Position numbers and translations under genes: made by a program. This document shows positions 1 to 8,210 of a stretch of 34,571 nucleotides of DNA, piece by piece. Source of the DNA: Abditibacteriaceae bacterium (GTDB lineage: Bacteria; Armatimonadota; Abditibacteriia; Abditibacteriales; Abditibacteriaceae); contig JANMKN010000296.1 in NCBI GenBank assembly GCA_031372065.1, positions 1 to 34,571 on the forward strand, given 5' to 3'. The notes beneath the pieces were generated by a model that was not told the DNA's origin, ran no database searches, and saw only the letters and a list, made by a program, of their open reading frames with translations. How positions within the stretch are numbered: position 1 is the stretch's first letter; each line of letters begins with the position of its first letter.

Positions 1-809
1 GACATGCACTGTGCCAGTGTTTTTGAAGTTGGCACCGCCACCAAAGCTCGGAGAGCCAGTATCAATTGGGGCATTGGCGTTAAGCGTTCCGATGTTATTG
101 AATTGCTGACCTGTGCCGCCATTGAATGCCGCCCAGATGCCACCACCATTAAAATTAGCGGCCGCGTTAAAGGTGCCATTGTTGTTGAAAATGGAATCTT
201 GTAAGACGCTGATGTTACCGGCTCCCGAAGGCCAATTGGTCGTGCCATTGTTGTTAATAGTGCCGCTAAGGCTGCCACCAGCCAGTGAAAGTGAGCCAGT
301 AATTGTGCCACCGCCGGCAACAGTAGTTAAGTGCCCACCGGATAGCTCCAGTGTGCCTCCACTTTGGCCACCCACAATAGAACCATTAAGAATCGCGGTG
401 CCTTGAATCAGGCTTTTGCCAGCACCGGTAAAACGAGCGCCGCCGGTTAAGGTATGAGCATTGCCGCTAAAGAGCACAAAGGCGTTAGCATCACAGTTAA
501 AGATGCCGCTGCTGGTGCCATCGGCGATGCCTAATCTATTGGAAATCACATGCACAGTGCCGGTGTTCTTGAAGTTGGCACCGCCACCAAAGCTCGGAGA
601 GCCAGTATCAACAGGAGCATTGGCATTGAGAGTGCCGATGTTATTGAATTGCTGACCTGTGCCGCCGTTAAATGCCGCCCAGATGCCGCCACCATTAAAA
701 TTAGCGGCGGCATTGAAAGTGCCGTTGTTATTGAAAACTGAGCCATCCAAAGCGCTGATGTTGCCAGCGCCGCTGGGCCAGTTAGTTGTGCCATTGTTGT
801 TAATAGTGC
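1..809 (-). repeat. Intragenic direct repeat, 546-bp (182-aa) period; copies at 547-809 and 1-263
   Basis: Both copies encode near-identical TINNNGTTNWPSGAGNIS...FNNNGTFNAAANFNGGGIWAAFNGGTGQQFNNIGTLNANAP(V/I)DTGSPSFGGGANFKNTGTVHV; nucleotide differences are mostly synonymous. Confidence 0.95.
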
Positions 810-1125
810 AACCATAGCTACCGTTGGTAAAGGTGGAAGTGCCGGTCAGAGTAAGTTGACCCGTGCCCGCCACTACGCCCCCGCTTAAATTGAGAGCAGC
901 GAGGGAAACGTTGGAATTACCGATGCTGGCGGTGCCGAAACCCACAACAGCGGTGTCTCCACCACCGGGCACCCCGGCAGGCGTCCAGTTATTCGCGGTA
1001 AACCAATCGCTGGAGATTGAACCATTCCAACTGAAAGAGTTTGCCTGAGCTGTCGCAGGCACCATAAATGTGGCAAGTAAGGCCACAAACAACCACAAAT
1101 TCTTTCGGCCATCAAGTCGTAACAT
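1..1125 (-). CDS. Secreted Gly/Asn/Thr-rich repeat protein (beta-helix/autotransporter-passenger-like), 5' part; runs off the window edge
   Basis: Missing from the ORF track because it has no stop in the window. Manual translation from ATG at 1125 (AAAAGGAG just upstream) gives MLRLDGRKNLWLFVALLATFMVPATAQANSFSWNGSISSDWFTANNWTPAGVPGGGDTAVV..., i.e. a signal peptide with an AQA cleavage site and a W-x-G...W-x4-N-W-x-P-x-G-V-P motif typical of passenger-like proteins. The frame is open to base 1. Confidence 0.85.
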   Translation of the reverse strand, partial: MLRLDGRKNLWLFVALLATFMVPATAQANSFSWNGSISSDWFTANNWTPAGVPGGGDTAVVGFGTASIGNSNVSLAALNLSGGVVAGTGQLTLTGTSTFTNGSYGCTINNNGTTNWPSGAGNISALDGSVFNNNGTFNAAANFNGGGIWAAFNGGTGQQFNNIGTLNANAPVDTGSPSFGGGANFKNTGTVHVISNRLGIADGTSSGIFNCDANAFVLFSGNAHTLTGGARFTGAGKSLIQGTAILNGSIVGGQSGGTLELSGGHLTTVAGGGTITGSLSLAGGSLSGTINNNGTTNWPSGAGNISVLQDSIFNNNGTFNAAANFNGGGIWAAFNGGTGQQFNNIGTLNANAPIDTGSPSFGGGANFKNTGTVHV

Positions 1126-1415
1126 GGGACTACTCCTTTTGTTGCGTAGGCTTTCTACGCTGTTTGGCAGGTCTTCACTGTTCAGGCTGCAATGATGAGA
1201 GGATGTTTTTGGCTGGCGCGGTGGCAGAAAACAATACCTAATCAATATAAAACACAGAGATTAGGTGCAACCTTTTGATGTAACGCAATCTTCACAAAAG
1301 TGAACAGTTAATCGCAGTTATAACAGCGTTGGATTAAATTTGCAATGCTATGATTTTGGTCATTTTGTCGTTATTAGTTAAGGCCTGAAACGCTAAGCAC
1401 CCCAACAAAATTAAA

Positions 1416-1700
1416 TTGAGCTATGAGCAAGGGCAAGATACGGAGCGCGGGCGTCTCGCCCACATTTCACAATCAAAAATGCGGGCGCGACGCCCGCGCG
1501 GTCAAAAACTGGTCCGGTTCGATGAAAACGCGCCCTTAGAAACGTATTGCTATCAGCGCGAGGATTTGCCTCGCGACTACAAAATAAGCGGCCCAGCATT
1601 GATTTTTCAGTTCGACACTACTATCTTCATCGCGCCCGATTGGACGGCACGCGTGGATGAATTTGGCAATTTATTGCTGGCCCATCAATCGTCTTCGTAA
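1416..1700 (+). pseudogene. C-terminal fragment of a hydantoinase A/5-oxoprolinase-family protein
   Basis: VRFD...TYCYQREDLP...ISGPALIFQFDTTIFIAPDWTARVDEFGNLLL resembles the extreme C-terminal domain of hydantoinase/oxoprolinase alpha subunits. The catalytic N-terminal part is absent and the start is a weak TTG. Confidence 0.65.
1442..1499. repeat. REP-like inverted doublet (GGAGCGCGGGCGTCTCGCCC...GCGGGCGCGACGCCCGCGC)
   Basis: Two GC-rich, internally palindromic arms in inverted orientation around an AT-rich spacer. Confidence 0.75.
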
Positions 1701-2605
1701 GCCCGAAAACCGCGCACCATGAGGCCTTTTTGTTGGCTTTTGCGCGCTTCTTTGGCTTTTTGCTCGGCGGCTTCGCGGTTTTCGGCGGTTGTGGCGCCGA
1801 TGGTAACGTAATCTTCGGGATTGCGATAGCGATGAATAAAAACCGGACGCGGCGCTTGCGAATGATTTTCCTTAGAGCCGTGAATGGTGCGATAGTGAAA
1901 GAAAATCGCATCACCCGCGCCGCCGCAAAGGGGCAGGGCACTGTCCCACGGCCATTCGTCTTCGTCCAAGCCCAAATGCGAAAATGTATCAACGTGTTTG
2001 AGCGTGCCGAAATGATGCGAACCGGGCACAACGTGCAAGGCGCCGTTGTTTAAATCGGTGTCCACGCAATAATTTAATACGCCGGTTGGCCCCTCGAAAC
2101 GATGATCGAAATAAGCCGAATCCTGATGCAAATTTTTCGGATGGCCGCCGACAGGCTCTTTATAAAGGCATTGGCCGTCCATGAACATTTCGACATTGGG
2201 GCCGATGATCGCTTCGACAATATCAAGCAATTTTTCATCGAACGCCGAGCGAAAAAACGCGGCGCTGGTGTTGTAGCGCAAGGCCAAAACCATGATTTGC
2301 TTGTCGCGCGCAAAGTTGGCGGGCGCAGGCAAAAAGAGCGTGCCATCCGGCGTAATCCAGCCTTCGCGCGTTTGCCGCGCTTTGTCCAGAAGCGAAACCG
2401 ATTGCTGCACCGTCGCGGCAATGTCGCGGTTGATTTCGTCAAGATACGGCTTCATCAAGCCGCGCACAATCAGCGCGCCATATTCTTTGTAAATGCGCGC
2501 CGCTTGCATCGCATCCAAATCATCAGCGAAAACTTCGAGTTGTTCAACAGAAACTTGCGGACGCGTTTGTGCAAACTCGGCGGCAGTTATGGTTTGTGAA
2601 GGCAT
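1685..2605 (-). CDS. Phytanoyl-CoA dioxygenase (PhyH) family Fe(II)/2-oxoglutarate dioxygenase
   Basis: K-x-P...HQD iron motif, NGALHVVPGSH, GDAIFFHYRTIHGSKEN...PR; AGGAG RBS upstream. Confidence 0.92.
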   Translation of the reverse strand: MPSQTITAAEFAQTRPQVSVEQLEVFADDLDAMQAARIYKEYGALIVRGLMKPYLDEINRDIAATVQQSVSLLDKARQTREGWITPDGTLFLPAPANFARDKQIMVLALRYNTSAAFFRSAFDEKLLDIVEAIIGPNVEMFMDGQCLYKEPVGGHPKNLHQDSAYFDHRFEGPTGVLNYCVDTDLNNGALHVVPGSHHFGTLKHVDTFSHLGLDEDEWPWDSALPLCGGAGDAIFFHYRTIHGSKENHSQAPRPVFIHRYRNPEDYVTIGATTAENREAAEQKAKEARKSQQKGLMVRGFRAYEDD

Positions 2606-2663
2606 GATTCTCCTGATTTTTAGGCTACTTCAAAGATAAAATAGTTTGGCGAAGCACGCCACC

Positions 2664-2897
2664 CGTGTGAGCAGTTCAGACATTCGTGTGATAGGTTCAG
2701 TAAATCGTGTGATGGGTTCAATCAATCGTGTGATATGGTCAACTAAGCGTGCGAGAGGTGAGATAAATCGTTTGATAGGTTCAGTAAATCGTGCGCATGG
2801 TTCAACAAATCGTTCCATAGGTTTAATAAATCGTTCGTATGGTTTAGTAAAACGTTTTAATGGTTCAGCGAATCGTGCGAGTGTTTTAACGAATCGT
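2664..2897. repeat. Tandem array of 11 degenerate 21-bp units plus a partial unit, minus-strand consensus ~ACGATTTAYTGAACCTATCAC
   Basis: Units read directly on the minus strand: acgattcgttaaaacactcgc / acgattcgctgaaccattaaa / acgttttactaaaccatacga / acgatttattaaacctatgga / acgatttgttgaaccatgcgc / acgatttactgaacctatcaa / ... / acgaatgtctgaactgctcac; no indels. Confidence 0.93.
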
Positions 2898-2908
2898 TTG
2901 CACAAAAC

Positions 2909-2946
2909 AATAAAATCGCCGCCCCGTTTTGGGCGGCGATTTTATT
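2909..2946 (-). terminator. Intrinsic terminator (possibly bidirectional) downstream of the phosphohexomutase gene
   Basis: AATAAAATCGCCGCCC-cgtttt-GGGCGGCGATTTTATT hairpin with A/T tracts on both sides, just after the stop at 2953. Confidence 0.85.
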
Positions 2947-2952
2947 TTGAGG

Positions 2953-4353
2953 CTATTCCGCCAATTCTTGCGCGGCGATTTGCAGTTCGGCGAGGCGTTT
3001 TTTGGTGCGCGCTTCCATGTAAACACGCACCAAAGGCTCGGTGCCTGAAGCACGCATGAGAAGCCATGAATCGTCGGCTAATTTGAGTTTCACGCCGTCC
3101 AAAGTGACAACTTGCGCGACTTTGCTGCCGCCAACCTCTTTTGGCGCGCGGGTTTGCATTTTTTGCATCAGCGCGTCTTTCTTTTCGGCTGTCAAATGCA
3201 AATCAATGCGCGTCGAATGCCATGTGCCGAATTTTTTCAGCAACTGTTGATACACCTGTCCGAGCGGCATTTTATGCACGGCCCAAATTTCGGCGATGAG
3301 AAGGTCGGCTAAAATGCCATCTTTACCGGGCAAATGGCCTTGAATGCTGAGTCCGCCGCTTTCTTCGCCGCCCAAAATGGCACCTTGTTCTTCGATAGCG
3401 GCGCCGAGCCACTTGAAACCAACGGCGGTTTCGATGACTTCCTGACCGTATTTTTTGGCGATGTCATCCAGCAAATGCGTGGTGGCAACGGTGCGTGCTA
3501 CGGGGCCGCGCACACCGCGCGTTTCCATCAGATGCACATAAACCAGCGCCAAAACCTGATTGGGCGTGAGATAAGTGCCTTCGCTGTCCACCACGCCAAA
3601 ACGATCAGCATCCGGGTCATTCGCAAGGCCAAGATCGGCCTTTTTCGCGGTCACTTCTTCTTGCAACGTGATGTGGCATTTCGGATTGGCCGGGTCGGGC
3701 AGTATTCCGCCAAACATCGGGTCGGGATTGCCACGCAACGTCGTCACTTTCCAACCGCAATCGCGCAAAAGATCATCGAGATAGCCGCGTCCCACGCCAT
3801 GCACAAAGTCGCACACGGCTTTGCCTTTGGCTTTTTTCAGTAAATCGAAATCAATAACATTGCGTAATTGCGCCACAAAAGCGGGGCGCGGATCGAATTC
3901 TTTCACGGAAACCAGCGCCGAGGCTTTGGCTTTTTTGGTCAGCAAAGCTTCGACACCATTGGTGGTTTCTTTGTCCGCCGGGCCACCGCCGGGCGTGAAA
4001 AACTTGAAACCATTGTAAGACGGCGGATTGTGCGAGGCGGTGATGATAATGCCGGTAGCAAGCTCTTCGCTGCGCGTTGTCCACGCGATAGCCGGCGTCG
4101 GACAATCGCGGTTGGCGAGTTGGACGGGAATGCCCGACGCCGCTAAAGTGTCAGCAGCCGCGCGCGCGAATTGAGCCGAGAGAAAGCGTGTATCATAGCC
4201 AATTGCCACACCGTTGCTGGCTTTTTCGCTGTCAACTTTTTTGAGGTATTCGCCCAGCGCGGTAGCCAAAAGACGAACATTGGCGAAGGTGTAATCCTCG
4301 GCGATGATAGCGCGCCATCCATCAGTGCCGAATTTAATAGGAGAATTTGCCAT
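2953..4353 (-). CDS. Phosphoglucomutase/phosphomannomutase family protein
   Basis: FGTDGWR start, catalytic TASHNP, metal-binding DPDADR, sugar-binding GEESGG, RASGTEP loop. Confidence 0.96.
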   Translation of the reverse strand: MANSPIKFGTDGWRAIIAEDYTFANVRLLATALGEYLKKVDSEKASNGVAIGYDTRFLSAQFARAAADTLAASGIPVQLANRDCPTPAIAWTTRSEELATGIIITASHNPPSYNGFKFFTPGGGPADKETTNGVEALLTKKAKASALVSVKEFDPRPAFVAQLRNVIDFDLLKKAKGKAVCDFVHGVGRGYLDDLLRDCGWKVTTLRGNPDPMFGGILPDPANPKCHITLQEEVTAKKADLGLANDPDADRFGVVDSEGTYLTPNQVLALVYVHLMETRGVRGPVARTVATTHLLDDIAKKYGQEVIETAVGFKWLGAAIEEQGAILGGEESGGLSIQGHLPGKDGILADLLIAEIWAVHKMPLGQVYQQLLKKFGTWHSTRIDLHLTAEKKDALMQKMQTRAPKEVGGSKVAQVVTLDGVKLKLADDSWLLMRASGTEPLVRVYMEARTKKRLAELQIAAQELAE

Positions 4354-4371
4354 ACAACTATTTTATCACGA

Positions 4372-6123
4372 CTAACGGGTGTATTGATAAATCGTTACAT
4401 AAGGATTGGAATAAAGGAAGTCGTGAGGAACAAAGTCACGCCCTATTAACTCAAGGGGCGGATGGATTTTATAGGGATACATACTATAAATATTGGGTGC
4501 GTTATCCAAAAAATATAAAAATTTAAATTGTTTTCCTTGCAAGCGCCCTTCTTCACGGTATTCAAAATTGTTAACCACAACATAATCACACTGTTCCGCT
4601 TTAATTACATCAAAACCGACGACTTCAAAGCGAAATTTTCCATCCGGCGAAATGCCGCTCATCACATCCGAAGGCGGCGGGTAATCCTGCGACCACAATG
4701 GTGGCGTGTAAAACCACGGGCGATTGATTAAAGCAACTGTTACTGGTTTAGTCACTTTAGATTTCAAATATGCTGCTGCTTGATCGCGGGGGTCAGCGAC
4801 GCAAAATGGATACAAAACATTGGTCGCGCCGATGAACATTATCAATCCTAAAATGGCGCTGCCGAATTTTTGCGCGGCTTTTGGTAGCGGTTGAAAGCAC
4901 AGCGGCACGGTCAAACACAAAACGGGCAGCAGCGGAAAATCGTAGCGCATAAAACGCACTTGTGAAAGGCCAAGTGTGAAGAAATATACGCCCGCAAAGG
5001 CGAAAAGCGGCCACCAAAGTTTGTTTTTCGAGCGCGCCGCGACGAATAATCCAACAACCGCGCAAATCGCGCCCGGCGCGGTAAAAGCAAACGGCAAATT
5101 GAATGTCAGATGATAAATCCACCCGTTGCCGGTGTCCGTGAAAACGTTATCATGACCCTGCCGGGAATGGACGAAAAGTTCATAATAAACGCCGTTGATG
5201 CCTCCCACGTCCAAGAACTCGACAGTGTTCAAAACGCTGTGTGGACAGCCTAAAACGAAACCGAAAAGGGATAAACTAATGGCGCCGAAAAACAAAACAG
5301 CTTTGCGCTCGAAGTTGCCAACGGAAAGAGCGACAATTGGCGCCAAAAGAACTAATCCGGCGTTGTATTTTGTCGCAGCCGCAAGACCTGCGAGGAAGGC
5401 GGAAAATAGCAAAAACCGGCGGTTGAAACCTTCGGCAGGTGAGCCTTCGGCCAAGCGTCCGTTGGACACCCTGTCGTCTACAGCGTCCAACGGACGCTTG
5501 GCTTTAGCCCTACTGCCGGGTATTTCAATGCCCTGCATCGCGCGCACTGCAAAATACAGTGCCCACGCCACGAAAAATGTCGCAGGCACATCAACTGTAG
5601 CAAAGTGCGAATGTTGAACGTGGCCGGGTGCAACAGCCATCAAAAAGGCGGCGAACAGGGCGGTTTTTTCGGTTGAGAGGCGCTTTCCAATGGAATAAAC
5701 CGCAGGAACCGTAAACGCGCCAAGCAAAGCACAAACGAGACGGCCACCAAAGAGAATATCGTGAAAAATCGGCCACGGCGCACTGCCCATTGCTGGTGTG
5801 CCCAAACCGAGGATGTTTTGAAGCAAATAAGCGAAATACGTCAAATAAATAAAAAGCGATGGATAATTAAAGAAATGCGGATTGAAATTGGTGTTCCGCT
5901 CATCGAAAAGGGCAATCACCGCATTGCGAATCTGAAACTCGTCGGGATGATACGAATACCAATGCTCGGCATTCGGCAAGCCCCAATGGAGGCCGGGAAA
6001 GCGCAGGGCTAAGGCTAAAAAGAAAAGGAGACAGGGAAAAGGGGAGACGGGGAGATAGGGAAAGGCATTTCGCAAAAGTTTCTCCCTATCTCCCCGTCTC
6101 CCCTTTTCCCTGTCTTCTGCCAT
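4372..6123 (-). CDS. Membrane GT-C glycosyltransferase (GT39/ArnT/PMT-like)
   Basis: YHPDE acidic motif after the first TM helix, FFNYPSL, SHFATVDVP, GLAAATKYN, multiple TM segments; start overlaps the upstream gene's stop. Confidence 0.88.
   Translation of the reverse strand: MAEDREKGRRGDREKLLRNAFPYLPVSPFPCLLFFLALALRFPGLHWGLPNAEHWYSYHPDEFQIRNAVIALFDERNTNFNPHFFNYPSLFIYLTYFAYLLQNILGLGTPAMGSAPWPIFHDILFGGRLVCALLGAFTVPAVYSIGKRLSTEKTALFAAFLMAVAPGHVQHSHFATVDVPATFFVAWALYFAVRAMQGIEIPGSRAKAKRPLDAVDDRVSNGRLAEGSPAEGFNRRFLLFSAFLAGLAAATKYNAGLVLLAPIVALSVGNFERKAVLFFGAISLSLFGFVLGCPHSVLNTVEFLDVGGINGVYYELFVHSRQGHDNVFTDTGNGWIYHLTFNLPFAFTAPGAICAVVGLFVAARSKNKLWWPLFAFAGVYFFTLGLSQVRFMRYDFPLLPVLCLTVPLCFQPLPKAAQKFGSAILGLIMFIGATNVLYPFCVADPRDQAAAYLKSKVTKPVTVALINRPWFYTPPLWSQDYPPPSDVMSGISPDGKFRFEVVGFDVIKAEQCDYVVVNNFEYREEGRLQGKQFKFLYFLDNAPNIYSMYPYKIHPPLELIGRDFVPHDFLYSNPYVTIYQYTR
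5423..5528. repeat. Palindromic REP/REPIN-like element in frame inside the glycosyltransferase gene
   Basis: Perfect 18-bp inverted repeat GCCAAGCGTCCGTTGGAC (5450-5467) / GTCCAACGGACGCTTGGC (5485-5502), nested in imperfect outer arms TTGAAAccttCGGCAG / CTGCCGggtaTTTCAA. Confidence 0.85.
6029..6115. repeat. 33-bp perfect inverted repeat of ~8-bp purine units at the glycosyltransferase 5' end
   Basis: AGACAGGGAAAAGGGGAGACGGGGAGATAGGGA (6029-6061) and its exact reverse complement (6083-6115). Confidence 0.92.
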
Positions 6124-8210
6124 TACCGCATCACCAAAAGCGCGTTGGAAACGCTGCGTTCTTTGCCATCCGAAGGCCGGTTGATGAGACGATTGCGCAC
6201 CACCATCGCTGTCGAGCCGCCGCCATCAAGGTTAATGGCGTCCACTGCTCCGAATTTCAGCATAGTGTAAGCGAGTTCGGTCAGCGTTAAACCGCTGGAA
6301 TAATAACCCTGACGGCCATCAACTACGAGGATGATGTAGCCGCCGTTTTTATCTATGCCAATCGCGGTGCGCGGGCCACGCCCAAGACGCACATCGTCAC
6401 GGAAATTTTCGCTGGTCACGCGCACTTGACCATTATCCAAAAGGCGCGGGCCACCGCCCAAGGCGGTCGTGACGCCTTCCCAACCGGGCGCGGAAACTTT
6501 GAGTTTGGCCTTTTCGCCGCGCTGAATTTTTTCGAGATAAGGCCGCGCCGCGCCGCCTGCTATCAGCGTGAAGCCGCCCGCATAAATGGGCGCATAGCCG
6601 CCGCCGGGACGCGCCATGACTTTGCCGTTTTTGACGACTATTGCCATTTCGCCGGGGCCGAGTTTATAAGAGGGGCCAAAGCGCGTTGTCAGCGCCGTAA
6701 TACGATTGGCATCGGGCCAGCCATTGAGTTCGCGCACAGGCAGGCTATGTCCACCCAAACCACCAAACTCCGCTTCTGCTGCCACTTGCAAGTTGCCGAT
6801 TTGAGCTGTGCCGTCGGGCTTAAAACCAATTGCCGTGCGTCCGCCCCACGGCAAGCGAATCCATTCGTTATTGACCAACATGGCGCCAACTGCCGCGCCG
6901 TCGTAAGCGAAAAATCCGCCATTGATAGCTAATAACGCGCGATGACGGCTGGCTAATTGCGAAGGCCGCGCGCGTTGCAAAACCGAATAGCCAGCGGGGG
7001 CCACATGAACACGCCAGCCATCTTGCGGGTCAACGCGGGCCAAAAACATTTGCACCGGGCCATGATCGGTGCCCTTGCGAATTTTCGTGAAGGCAATGCC
7101 TCCGCTGAGTGAATCGGTCTTCGCTTCCTCAAACAAGCGTTGCACTTCGATAACAACGCGCGCCGGACTGCCTGCGGTGAACCATTGCACCGGCGCCGCA
7201 TAATTTATGCGCATTGAAACGTTGGCGTGCCAGTTACCGCTGCTCACGGCGGTGCGCGGCACCAGATAATCGGGGACAGCCTGCAACGTGGGCACTTCGG
7301 GGCGTCGTGCGGCGGCCAAACTCATGTTTACATCCAAGTTGTTTTGCGCTGCCACAATGCGCGTTGAATTACTGAGCGTAATCACCGTTTGCACCTTGTC
7401 GGATAGCACTTTGGTTTGGATATTTTCAATGATCGCCGCCGGATAAGTCAACAAAAACGTGGTGACTGGATTTTTCGCGTCGGCTTGTTTGACGATTCGA
7501 AATTGGAAACCAAACCAATCGGCAAAAGGCTGCAAGGGAATATAAAGCGTGCCGCCAATAAAGCGCGCCGGTTGGCCGAGCGCGACATCGGTTTCATCGA
7601 AGCGCGCCGCCGTTTGATCGGCGACTACATCAACTGTGTGGTCAAAATAAACCACGCGCCAGCTATCGTCACTCAAAGGCCCCACCGACGCGCCCATCGC
7701 ATTCGCCAAAAAATTGATCGGCACGAAAACATTGCCCCGGCTGAATTGCGCTGCCGGATTGGCAACGGCATAAGCCTGCGCGGTAGGCGGCGTGTTGGGC
7801 AAGGCAGGTGGTGGAGTTGGCGGCGTAACTGGCATCGTCGCAATGGGGATGGCGGGTTTCGCGACTGGCTTTGCTGTGGCTTGCGGGCGAGGCAAGGCAG
7901 CCGTTTGTGTCGGTTTTTTTACGGCTTTGGCGGAGACTTTGGGAATCGCTTTTAAAACGGGCTTTGGTGCCGGTTTTGTGGCGACTTTGGACGCCGTTTT
8001 TGGTGCAGTCTTGGTCTTTGCCATGCTGCGATTTTGGGCCGGGGCCGACCAAATGCCCCACAAAACAGGTGTCACGGCGATGGCGGCGATGGCACGGAAT
8101 TTAGCGCGTTGGGCGCGCGTTTTTGGCACACGAGGTAGCGCGCCACCCAAGGCACGACGGGTCACACGGCGGGTTGTCGGGGGTAAAAGCGAAATCAAAC
8201 GACGAAGCAT
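6123..8210 (-). CDS. Phosphodiester glycosidase (NAGPA/DUF2233) family protein with a Pro/Lys-rich linker and a copper-amine-oxidase-N-like domain
   Basis: AINGGFF, GGGPRLL, PRTAIG, VVDGRQ, AINLDGGGST and RSVSNAL motifs; GNVFVPINFLANAMGA and GTLYIPLQ resemble the CAO N-terminal domain. Confidence 0.9.
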   Translation of the reverse strand: MLRRLISLLPPTTRRVTRRALGGALPRVPKTRAQRAKFRAIAAIAVTPVLWGIWSAPAQNRSMAKTKTAPKTASKVATKPAPKPVLKAIPKVSAKAVKKPTQTAALPRPQATAKPVAKPAIPIATMPVTPPTPPPALPNTPPTAQAYAVANPAAQFSRGNVFVPINFLANAMGASVGPLSDDSWRVVYFDHTVDVVADQTAARFDETDVALGQPARFIGGTLYIPLQPFADWFGFQFRIVKQADAKNPVTTFLLTYPAAIIENIQTKVLSDKVQTVITLSNSTRIVAAQNNLDVNMSLAAARRPEVPTLQAVPDYLVPRTAVSSGNWHANVSMRINYAAPVQWFTAGSPARVVIEVQRLFEEAKTDSLSGGIAFTKIRKGTDHGPVQMFLARVDPQDGWRVHVAPAGYSVLQRARPSQLASRHRALLAINGGFFAYDGAAVGAMLVNNEWIRLPWGGRTAIGFKPDGTAQIGNLQVAAEAEFGGLGGHSLPVRELNGWPDANRITALTTRFGPSYKLGPGEMAIVVKNGKVMARPGGGYAPIYAGGFTLIAGGAARPYLEKIQRGEKAKLKVSAPGWEGVTTALGGGPRLLDNGQVRVTSENFRDDVRLGRGPRTAIGIDKNGGYIILVVDGRQGYYSSGLTLTELAYTMLKFGAVDAINLDGGGSTAMVVRNRLINRPSDGKERSVSNALLVMR

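Noticed and set aside
1..809. 546-bp-period repeat as a diversity-generating retroelement TR/VR pair
   Set aside because: Differences are mainly synonymous and not adenine-specific, both copies are in one reading frame, and there is no reverse transcriptase in the window.
4..1115. Small ORFs listed by the track in the first 1.1 kb
   Set aside because: They are shadows of the real minus-strand gene that starts at 1125 and leaves the window.
1236..1266. ACCTAATC-N15-GATTAGGT inverted repeat upstream of the secreted protein
   Set aside because: An 8-bp arm pair could be an operator but is too short to support without comparative data.
2664..2897. 21-bp array as a CRISPR array
   Set aside because: Units are contiguous and degenerate with no unique spacers; no cas genes.
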